NCBI GenBank assembly: GCA_023898645.1
Contig: CP060232.1
Location: 180,001 to 212,000, forward strand
Length of the DNA stretch: 32,000 bases
Source of the DNA: Candidatus Saccharimonadota bacterium
GTDB taxonomy: Bacteria; Patescibacteriota; Saccharimonadia; Saccharimonadales; Saccharimonadaceae
Direction: 5' to 3'
Shown here: one piece after another, positions 17,396 to 24,337 of the stretch
Layout: each line of letters begins with the position of its first letter
Position numbering within the stretch: the first letter of the stretch is position 1
Position numbers and translations under genes: made by a program
The notes under the pieces: generated by a model
Told to the model about the DNA's origin: nothing
Database searches by the model: none
Seen by the model: the letters and a program-made list of their open reading frames with translations, nothing else

Positions 17396-18400
17396 GTGAG
17401 AATGAAGAGAATATTTAATCGAGCAACGATTTTGATTATCGCTATGCTTGTTTCCGTGTCGTTGCTCCCAGCGGATTTGTATGCGCAATCGGCAGGAGCT
17501 GCACAAGGTGTCCAACTAAGTCCATCGATAATCGAGTTGAATGCTGAGCGCGGGGGTATTTACACCCTTACTGTAGAGGTGACAAATGTTACGGCTGGGG
17601 ATTTAGACTACGCAGTTTCAGTAAATGATTTTACTTCTAAGGATGAAACAGGCTCGCCAAAGGTGTTACGTAATTCTCAACTGCCTAAGCAGATTTCAAT
17701 TCGTACATGGACCACGCCATCCGTATCTTCTTTTCACCTTAATACACGCAAAAGTAGTACGGTTGAGTTTAAGGTAATCGTACCAGCAGATGCCGAACCG
17801 GGTGGCCACTACGGTGTACTGGATTTTTCCGGATCTAATACAAACATAAAGCAAACAGGTGTTGGGCTGACGGCAAGCGCAGGCACGCTGCTGCTTGTGA
17901 AGGTCGACGGCGCTATCAAGGAGAATGCTTCGATTGCTTCGTTTTACACTGTGAATAATGGCAAAGAGTCGAACTTTTTTGAAAATAGTCCGGTGAGTTT
18001 TATTACCCGGGTTCAAAATACCGGCAACATTCATATCAAGCCGTTTGGCGCCATTGAGCTAAAAAATATGTTTGGATCGATTGTGGCTACACTGCCGGTA
18101 AACAAAGTGCAGTCTAATGTTTTGCCTAAGAGTATTCGGCGTTTTGACAGTACCTATGGTGAGTATATGATCGGTTTTTATACTGCAACGGTAACACTCG
18201 GCTATGGATCGCAGGGGCAAGCGATTATTGCAAGTACGTCGTTTTGGGTCATACCATACAAATTGATAGCGACCATTCTACTCGTGATCGCGCTGGTTAT
18301 CTTTATTCTCAGAAGGATACAGATAGCGTACAATAGGAGAGTAATCAAAAAATACAAAAACGCACAACAAAAAGATGATTCGAAAGAAAGCAAAAACTAA
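17396..18400 (+). CDS. Cassette A, type-2 anchor protein: signal peptide, ectodomain, C-terminal TM helix plus basic tail
   Basis: The start is GTG 17396 or ATG 17402. The signal is MKRIFNRATILIIAMLVSVSLLPADLYA. Internal motifs are ADAEPGGHYGVLDF and NTGNIHIKPFGAIELKNMFG. The C-terminus is FWVIPYKLIATILLVIALVIFILRRIQIAYNRRVIKKYK. Paralogue of 29672-30769. Confidence 0.85.
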   Translation: MRMKRIFNRATILIIAMLVSVSLLPADLYAQSAGAAQGVQLSPSIIELNAERGGIYTLTVEVTNVTAGDLDYAVSVNDFTSKDETGSPKVLRNSQLPKQISIRTWTTPSVSSFHLNTRKSSTVEFKVIVPADAEPGGHYGVLDFSGSNTNIKQTGVGLTASAGTLLLVKVDGAIKENASIASFYTVNNGKESNFFENSPVSFITRVQNTGNIHIKPFGAIELKNMFGSIVATLPVNKVQSNVLPKSIRRFDSTYGEYMIGFYTATVTLGYGSQGQAIIASTSFWVIPYKLIATILLVIALVIFILRRIQIAYNRRVIKKYKNAQQKDDSKESKN

Positions 18401-19517
18401 AACTACTCGGTATAAAGTCAAAAAGGTTGCGCATCCGATAGCTACCAAGTTAAAGCTTTTGCAACATGCCCATACCGGGCGTATTGTTCATCGTCACCAT
18501 ACGTCGTATCCAGTTCTATTAATACTTCTTGTTATTACGGGATTTTTTGTGTTCGTTGGGTATGATATTTCGGCGGCCGATACAAATGTGACCGTCGGTC
18601 TTACCGTGCCTGCGGAGCCACCTACCGAAGGTGCGGTAATCACATCGCCCAAAAATGGTACCGTTTCTAAAAAGGCAATAATCGATGTTAAAGGAACATG
18701 TTCTATTACGTCTGAAGTCGTTGTGTATAGTAATAACACGCTTGTTGGTTCGACATTATGCACGACAGAATCGACATTTCAGCTGAAAATTCAGCTATTT
18801 GGTGGCATTAATAAACTGACAGCATTGAACTATAATGGCATGAACCAAGCTGGGCCGATTACGCCTAGCGTGAAAGTGATATACGTGGCACCTCCAAATA
18901 CAGGAGCCACAGAGGTACCGGTGTACCCAATCGTGGTTCCGGGCGTAACGCCAACGTCGCCTGAATCTTGTACGCAAAAAGCAACGTCTGATGCGTGTAA
19001 CAAAACATATGTGGTGTCGTGCAACGACTACAGCTCAAACAAGGGCATTCCGGTATCAAAAGAAGTTCGCGCAGCAATCATTTGCCTGCAACGTCATGTG
19101 AGTACCGCAGGAGAAACGATAATCGGCATATTGGTGTGGGGCGGCAGCCCGCCATATGCCGTCACGATTAACTGGGGCGATGGTTCTGCGGACTTGGTAA
19201 AGAGTATAAGTAAGCCGGGGTATTTTACGGTCTCAAAAAAGTACACTGAAAAAGGCCAATACACCATTGAGGTGCAGTCTTTTGATAGTAATGGTAAGCA
19301 GGCATTTATGCAGGCGACAATTGATGTTTCCGGACCAGAAAAGCCAAAAGATTTTATTGGCTATGTAGGTAATAGCATGAATCTATCTTGGTTTGATTCG
19401 CCCGTTCCAACGTATTTTCTTGCTGTCGCAATCGTGATTGGATTTTGGGCTGGTGATTATTTTGAGCGGGCGATTCTTGCAACTCGCAAGGTACGCGGAC
19501 GTCGTCGGCATGCGTAG
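18375..19517 (+). CDS. Cassette A, doubly anchored protein: His-rich N-terminal motif, TM, Ig-like and PKD-like domains, C-terminal TM plus Arg tail
   Basis: The N-terminus is ...KLKLLQHAHTGRIVHRHHTSYPVLLILLVITGFFVF. The PKD-like signature is VTINWGDGSA...KKYTEKGQYTIEVQSFDSNGKQA. The C-terminus is PTYFLAVAIVIGFWAG...RKVRGRRRHA. It overlaps the previous gene by 26 nt. Paralogue of 27530-28516. Confidence 0.85.
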   Translation: MIRKKAKTKTTRYKVKKVAHPIATKLKLLQHAHTGRIVHRHHTSYPVLLILLVITGFFVFVGYDISAADTNVTVGLTVPAEPPTEGAVITSPKNGTVSKKAIIDVKGTCSITSEVVVYSNNTLVGSTLCTTESTFQLKIQLFGGINKLTALNYNGMNQAGPITPSVKVIYVAPPNTGATEVPVYPIVVPGVTPTSPESCTQKATSDACNKTYVVSCNDYSSNKGIPVSKEVRAAIICLQRHVSTAGETIIGILVWGGSPPYAVTINWGDGSADLVKSISKPGYFTVSKKYTEKGQYTIEVQSFDSNGKQAFMQATIDVSGPEKPKDFIGYVGNSMNLSWFDSPVPTYFLAVAIVIGFWAGDYFERAILATRKVRGRRRHA

Positions 19518-19602
19518 CGAAATATACGTTTTGCTGCAAATATGAAGTAATACGAATAACGGAGTATACTAACACATAACGGGTGGCAGAAAGAGGAGCA
19601 AT

Positions 19603-20790
19603 ATGACTGAAAAATGGTCCGCGAATAACTATCATGAATTAAATGATATTGCGCTTGAATATGGAGAACGCACATGGGTGCGAGATGTCGAAGGTACGTG
19701 GTATCTCGATTGCTTGGCTGGTTATTCTGCCAATAACTTTGGTCATCGAAATCCCGCTCTTGTTGAAGCCGCTAAAAACCAGCTCAATAAGTTGACACTG
19801 ACTGCGCGCGCATATAAGCAAGATCAGTTGGAGCCGTTTTGTCGGGAGCTTGGTGAACTAACTAGCAAAGAGGCGGTATTGCCAATGAATACCGGTGCCG
19901 AGGCAGTTGAGACTGCTATCAAACTTTCACGTAAGTGGGGGTATGAAGTAAAAGGAATTCCAAAAAACAAGGCGAATATCATCGTCATGCATGATAATTT
20001 TCATGGTCGCACAACTTCGATTGTTGGATTTTCTGACGATAACTCTGCAAGGGGCGGGTTTGGTCCATTTGCTCCCGGTTTTCGGCGTGTCGCGTATGGA
20101 GATTCTCGGGCTATTGAAAACGCTATAGATGAAAATACAGCTGCTATTTTGTTTGAACCTATTCAAGGAGAAGCGGGGGTTATTATCCCGCCAAATGGTT
20201 ATTTACGAGAAATTCGTGACATATGTAATCGTGAAAACGTGTTGATGATGGCAGACGAAATTCAGTCTGGTTTTGGCCGTACAGGCGAGGATTTTGTATG
20301 CGAACATGAGGGCGTGGAACCGGATGTATATATATTGGGAAAGGCGCTCGGAGGAGGTATTGTACCTGTTTCGGCAGTATGCGCGAATCGCGATATCATG
20401 GATGTGATCAAGGCGGGTGAGCATGGCAGTACATTTGGCGGCAATCCTTTGGCTTGTGCTGTTGGTCGAGCAGCGATAGGGCTTCTTAATACTGGCCGAT
20501 ATCAAAAAAATGCTCGTGATCGTGGACGAGAAATGCAAGCAGGACTCGAAGAATTAATAGGTCATGGCGTGACCGAAGTACGCAGCAGGGGTTTGTGGTT
20601 TGGTGTCGACATTGACCCTGCGCTAATGACTGGTCGCAGGGCTTGCGAGCGATTATTGCAACGCAATGTTCTTGCCAAGGATACGCATGGATCCACGATT
20701 CGTTTTTCGCCACCACTCAATATCTTTCCGGAAGAGGTTGACTTTGCGGTACGGCAGCTGCGCGACACGTTGTACGCCGCAAGGAGGTAA
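19603..20790 (+). CDS. rocD: Ornithine aminotransferase (ornithine--oxo-acid transaminase), class-III PLP enzyme
   Basis: It aligns by eye along its whole length with RocD/OAT: LPMNTGAEAVETAIK, FHGRT, EPIQGEAGVIIPP, ADEIQSGFGRTG, ILGKALGGG (PLP lysine), HGSTFGGNPLACAV and IRFSPPL. SD AGAGGAG lies upstream of the ATG. Confidence 0.92.
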   Translation: MTEKWSANNYHELNDIALEYGERTWVRDVEGTWYLDCLAGYSANNFGHRNPALVEAAKNQLNKLTLTARAYKQDQLEPFCRELGELTSKEAVLPMNTGAEAVETAIKLSRKWGYEVKGIPKNKANIIVMHDNFHGRTTSIVGFSDDNSARGGFGPFAPGFRRVAYGDSRAIENAIDENTAAILFEPIQGEAGVIIPPNGYLREIRDICNRENVLMMADEIQSGFGRTGEDFVCEHEGVEPDVYILGKALGGGIVPVSAVCANRDIMDVIKAGEHGSTFGGNPLACAVGRAAIGLLNTGRYQKNARDRGREMQAGLEELIGHGVTEVRSRGLWFGVDIDPALMTGRRACERLLQRNVLAKDTHGSTIRFSPPLNIFPEEVDFAVRQLRDTLYAARR

Positions 20791-21702
20791 ATGATGGCAG
20801 GAGCAATTATTAACCGCACTGTTTTATTGTCCGACACCAAAAACTATAGGGGTGTTGTAGAGCTCAATGTCTATAGTGACAAGGATATTCAGCCCGATAA
20901 TGAAGTGGCAAAGATCGAGCACGATTCTGTTGTGGAGGCACTCGGCATTATTGGCGCTCGGGTAGTACGGTGTGCGTCTGCGAAGAATTGGCAGGATAGT
21001 GTTTACACGGCCAATTGGGCTTTTTGTCGTCGCGACGTTGCCCTAATGGCAAGATTACCAAATGCTCGCAAAGGCGAAGTAAAACACGCCGAGCGTATAT
21101 TACGAGGTTTGGGCAAGCAGATTATTCATCCACCACGTAGCATAGAGCGCTATAGCGGCCAGGGGGACACATTGGCATGTGGAAACGTTCTTTTCGTTGG
21201 TTCAGGGTATAGAACAGATTCAGGCATGGCTGATTATTTGCAACACCTTTGGCCAGATTATACTGTCGTGCCTGTTCAGACTATTCCGAAGCTCGATGAA
21301 AACGGCGGGGTAATGATCAACAAAGTATCTGGCTGGGAAGATAGTGAGTTTTACGACATTGACTTAGCTATGGCTATACTGAGACCACCTACAGAGAAAA
21401 ACCACGGGCTTATAGCTGTATGTAACGAAGCATTTTCAAGCGAAAGTTTACAAAGAATTGAACTTGCCTGCGCCACTAATCGCATTAAAATGTTAGATGT
21501 TGATTACAATGAGGCTGTTAACGCATTCGCCTGCAACCTCATAAGCAATGGTGTTGATAAGGTAGTAATGAGCACGGGGGCGCCAACATTCGCACAAAAA
21601 TTGCGAGAAAACAAATTCGAAGCTATCGAGCGGAATTTGAAAGAACTCAACAAAGCTGGCGGCGGCGGTCGCTGTATTGGATTGACACTAGATAACGACT
21701 AA
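20791..21702 (+). CDS. Pentein / amidinotransferase-fold (guanidino-group-modifying enzyme) family protein; substrate unknown
   Basis: The ATG immediately follows the rocD stop (AGGAGGTAAATG). The C-terminus ...KAGGGGRCIGLTL resembles the G-G-G-x-x-C catalytic-Cys motif of arginine deiminase/DDAH/amidinotransferases. The central SGQGDTLACGNVLFVGSGYRTD resembles the EGGD...G.S.RT block. Confidence 0.7.
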   Translation: MMAGAIINRTVLLSDTKNYRGVVELNVYSDKDIQPDNEVAKIEHDSVVEALGIIGARVVRCASAKNWQDSVYTANWAFCRRDVALMARLPNARKGEVKHAERILRGLGKQIIHPPRSIERYSGQGDTLACGNVLFVGSGYRTDSGMADYLQHLWPDYTVVPVQTIPKLDENGGVMINKVSGWEDSEFYDIDLAMAILRPPTEKNHGLIAVCNEAFSSESLQRIELACATNRIKMLDVDYNEAVNAFACNLISNGVDKVVMSTGAPTFAQKLRENKFEAIERNLKELNKAGGGGRCIGLTLDND

Positions 21703-22379
21703 GATTCTTTAGAGGATGCCAGCATAAATAGGCGAGCGAGGATAGACTTGAGCACTTCTTCTTTGCTTGCATCGCTATCTACTTCGATAACAAGACCACG
21801 CTTGCGGTACTCTTCTATGACTGGAATTGTTTTGTTATTAAATTCATCTATACGAGTTTTCAGTATATGCACGGCGTCTTCGGGGCGGTCGCCGCGGTCT
21901 CCTGCCTCTTGGGATACGGCTTGTCGTTCATAAACGGTAGCCTGCTTGAGGTGTAGGTACACGACGGCCTTTATGGGGTGACCTGATTCCTCGGCGGCTT
22001 TCATAATTTCTTGCTCTTCGCCGATCCACCTCCCGACAGAGCTTAAAATAAGCGGCTGACCGTTAAACTCTTCGCGACTAAAATAGGGCTCGAAAAGCGA
22101 AAGAAACACATCGGATGGCGGTAACCCGCCTGAGTCAAGAATTTCTCTTACTTCCGGACTAAGACTATCTTTGCTATCACGAAAAACCTTTCCTGAGCTT
22201 AATAGTGGTGCATCAAAGAGCTGAGCCAGTTCATGGCCATGGGTATCTTTGCCGGCAAAGGGAAGCCCAAAGATATTAATCGCGCCTGCGCCGAGCCATT
22301 TTTTTATTTTATCGAGATGATCGGTAGATATTGGTAGTTTTTCCATATGTATAGTATATAGAACCTTTTTCGACCACAC
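21699..22379 (-). CDS. Adenylate kinase family (nucleoside monophosphate kinase), short lid-less type
   Basis: A P-loop-like GLPFAGKDT is present, and the protein is collinear with Adk (...SSGKVFRD...GGLPPSDV...LSSVGRWIGEEQ...NNKTIPVIEEYRKRGLVIEVDSDASKEEV). The maximal ORF starts at GTG 22379. The ATG at 22346, preceded by TATACT-N6, is a more likely start. It overlaps the convergent pentein gene end by 4 nt. Confidence 0.8.
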   Translation of the reverse strand: MWSKKVLYTIHMEKLPISTDHLDKIKKWLGAGAINIFGLPFAGKDTHGHELAQLFDAPLLSSGKVFRDSKDSLSPEVREILDSGGLPPSDVFLSLFEPYFSREEFNGQPLILSSVGRWIGEEQEIMKAAEESGHPIKAVVYLHLKQATVYERQAVSQEAGDRGDRPEDAVHILKTRIDEFNNKTIPVIEEYRKRGLVIEVDSDASKEEVLKSILARLFMLASSKES

Positions 22380-22382
22380 AAA

Positions 22383-22634
22383 CTACTGATTTTTTGGAGT
22401 AGACGGTTCGCTAGTTGTTTCTTGCACGGTTTCAAGTTGTCCTGTTTGTTGAAGTGTTGATTTGATTTCATTCGCTGATGATTTTAGCTCAGTGGCTGTG
22501 TCTCCAACGGTTTTTTTGACTTCGCTTGCGCTCGATGTGATATCTTTAACGACGCCATCTCCGATGTCGGTTAATTCGTTTTTGATTGATTTTATTTCGC
22601 CTACAAAATCAGTAAATTCATCAAAAAATCCCAT
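22383..22634 (-). CDS. Small hypothetical protein (83 aa), amphipathic/low-complexity
   Basis: The sequence is MGFFDEFTDFVGEIKSIKNELTDIG...SEVKKTVGDTATELKSSANEIKSTLQQTG.... It is divergent from hrcA. TATAGT (minus strand, 22648-22643) lies 8 nt before the ATG. No family is recognised. Confidence 0.55.
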   Translation of the reverse strand: MGFFDEFTDFVGEIKSIKNELTDIGDGVVKDITSSASEVKKTVGDTATELKSSANEIKSTLQQTGQLETVQETTSEPSTPKNQ

Positions 22635-22702
22635 ATAACTTTACTATAGCATGTACGCAAAGTGTCATGGGTAGCGTACTTGAGTATAGTGCACAGCCAT
22701 GA

Positions 22703-22729
22703 TTGGCACTCTGGTTGCACGAGTGCTAA
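22703..22729. promoter_or_regulatory. CIRCE operator (HrcA binding site): TTGGCACTC-N9-GAGTGCTAA
   Basis: It matches the CIRCE consensus TTAGCACTC-N9-GAGTGCTAA at 17 of 18 arm positions and lies directly upstream of hrcA-grpE. Confidence 0.92.
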
Positions 22730-22743
22730 ACATACGCTATAAT
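22715..22743 (+). promoter_or_regulatory. hrcA promoter TTGCAC-N17-TATAAT overlapping CIRCE; predicts a leaderless mRNA
   Basis: The -35 is at 22715-22720, inside the CIRCE spacer. The -10 TATAAT is at 22738-22743. The ATG at 22750 lies 6 nt after the -10, where transcription would be expected to start. Confidence 0.6.
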
Positions 22744-22749
22744 TACAGC

Positions 22750-23457
22750 ATGACAGAGCGTCAAATGCAGATACTTGCAGCGATCATAGAACAGTATGCC
22801 GAGGTGGCTTCACCGGTCGGCAGCGTGACGCTAGCTAAGCTTTTTGGTGTTTCCAGCGCGACTATTCGTTCCGAAATGGCAAAGCTAGAGGAATTCGGGT
22901 TTATCACACAGCCGCACACAAGTGCAGGTCGTATACCGACAGACAAAGGTTATCGATTTTACGTGAATACTATTAATGAAGCGCAGATTAATGAAGTGCC
23001 GCAGCTCGATCGCAGTGCGAGAGCGATTGAGGCGCGAGTGAATACGCACAGTGACCGTGCTGATCGCGCAATCCGCAGTGCCGTTGATAGTCTTGTTGAA
23101 CTAACGCAAAATCTTGGACTTGCCACCATTGGTGACGAGCTTTATTTGAGTGGTATAGGCAATCTTTTTAGTCAGCCGGAATTTATGCAGGGCGACCATG
23201 TGCAGGCCGTCGCTCGCTTGCTCGACAATTTGGAACCATGGCTACGCGAGGCTGCGCCAAACGAGCCACTGAATGTATACATAGGAAGCGAAAACCCAAT
23301 AGGAAAGACAAGCGGAGCTTCTCTAATTATCAGCCGTTTTCGTTCACCGTATAGCGACAATAGTTATATAGGTGTTTTAGGGCCAACGCGCCAAAGCTAC
23401 GGCAAAGTAATGCGGCTGGTGCGGCATGCAGGCGCCATGCTAGAAGAAGTTTTGTAA
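22750..23457 (+). CDS. hrcA: Heat-inducible transcription repressor HrcA (short, 235 aa)
   Basis: The sequence MTERQMQILAAIIEQYAEVASPVGSVTLAKLFGVSSATIRSEMAKLEEFGFITQPHTSAGRIPTDKGYRFYV is the canonical HrcA wHTH region. The C-terminus is ...GVLGPTRQSYGKVMRLV. The ORF-track start at 22699 would place CIRCE and the promoter inside the CDS, so I use 22750. Confidence 0.92.
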   Translation: MTERQMQILAAIIEQYAEVASPVGSVTLAKLFGVSSATIRSEMAKLEEFGFITQPHTSAGRIPTDKGYRFYVNTINEAQINEVPQLDRSARAIEARVNTHSDRADRAIRSAVDSLVELTQNLGLATIGDELYLSGIGNLFSQPEFMQGDHVQAVARLLDNLEPWLREAAPNEPLNVYIGSENPIGKTSGASLIISRFRSPYSDNSYIGVLGPTRQSYGKVMRLVRHAGAMLEEVL

Positions 23458-23472
23458 GTTAGGAGATGGTAG

Positions 23473-23979
23473 ATGGTAAAAGGTAAAAAACAGCAGCAGT
23501 CGGACGATAACTCGCAAGACGATGTGAATATCCACGAAGAATTAGCTCAGGAAGTTGCTGAACTTACGATGGATCTGCAACGAACTCGAGCAGATTTTGA
23601 AAATTACCGCAAACGAGTGGAGCAAGAAAAACAAATGGCTCGTATGTCTGGCGAAGCCTCGGCTGTATTGCGACTGCTCCCGGTTATCGACAACATCGAA
23701 CGCGCTATCGTACATATTCCAGCTGAACTTACTGATAACAAATGGGCTCAGGGTGTTGCGGGACTCGCAAAAAATCTTGATAAGTCGCTCGAAAGCATGA
23801 ACTTAAAACGTATCGAGGCAAAGCCTGGTACTCCATTTGATCCGGAGCTTCACGAAGCTATCCAGTTTGATGAAGAAGCCGAAGGTGAGCAAGAAATCAT
23901 AGCCGAAGAGCTTCAGGCAGGCTATTTACTCAATGGCCAACCGATTCGTCATGCAATGGTAAAAGTCACCCGCAGGTGA
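23473..23979 (+). CDS. grpE: Nucleotide exchange factor GrpE
   Basis: The RTRADFENYRKRVEQEK motif is present, together with LLPVIDNIERA and a C-terminal beta domain (...HEAIQ...GYLLNGQPIRHAMVKV). SD AGGAG lies 7 nt upstream. Confidence 0.95.
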   Translation: MVKGKKQQQSDDNSQDDVNIHEELAQEVAELTMDLQRTRADFENYRKRVEQEKQMARMSGEASAVLRLLPVIDNIERAIVHIPAELTDNKWAQGVAGLAKNLDKSLESMNLKRIEAKPGTPFDPELHEAIQFDEEAEGEQEIIAEELQAGYLLNGQPIRHAMVKVTRR

Positions 23980-23986
23980 CTTTTAT
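23961..23986. terminator. Bidirectional intrinsic terminator overlapping the grpE stop codon
   Basis: AAAAGTCACC (23961-23970), loop CGCA, then GGTGACTTTT (23975-23984). The GC core is flanked by an A-tract and a T-tract, so either strand reads as stem plus U-run. It sits between convergent grpE and the 75-aa gene. Confidence 0.6.
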
Positions 23987-24023
23987 AAATCAAAGCGCCT
24001 ACAGTGTAAGCTTTTTGCCGGCT

Positions 24024-24251
24024 CTATGATTCTGTTTCTTGTTTTTTGCGAAACTTTACGGTTACCGATGCTATAACCACAACGACGATTGCTATCGCCA
24101 AAGGAACTATGATAGTAAAGCTTGCGCTATCGATTGATTGCATAAATAACCCTGTATTCGGTGCTCCGACAGTTTGGCCGTTACATAGACCAAAATCGCC
24201 GGCGCCGTATGCGCTGTTGTCGCTTCCGATACAGTTATATGATGTTGCCAT
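24024..24251 (-). CDS. Small tail-anchored membrane protein (75 aa), hypothetical
   Basis: SD AGGAGAG lies ~9 nt upstream of the ATG. The C-terminus is FTIIVPLAIAIVVVVIASVTV followed by KFRKKQETES. There is no N-terminal signal. I prefer it over the overlapping + strand ORF 24046-24261, which lacks an SD and protein-like features. Confidence 0.6.
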   Translation of the reverse strand: MATSYNCIGSDNSAYGAGDFGLCNGQTVGAPNTGLFMQSIDSASFTIIVPLAIAIVVVVIASVTVKFRKKQETES

Positions 24252-24337
24252 ATTTTTTTGACTCTCCTATTGCCATACTATCATAAACAATATACTATGG
24301 AAGAGTTAAAACAATAAGTGAGGGAGTGTAGGGAGCC

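Noticed and set aside
22699-22749. N-terminal 17-codon extension of hrcA given by the ORF track (start 22699)
   Set aside because: It would place the CIRCE operator and a consensus-like -35/-10 pair inside the coding region. The canonical HrcA N-terminus begins at the ATG at 22750.
24046-24261. 71-aa + strand ORF overlapping the 75-aa minus-strand gene
   Set aside because: It has no ribosome-binding site and no recognisable protein features. The minus-strand ORF has an AGGAGAG SD, a clean TM helix and a basic tail.
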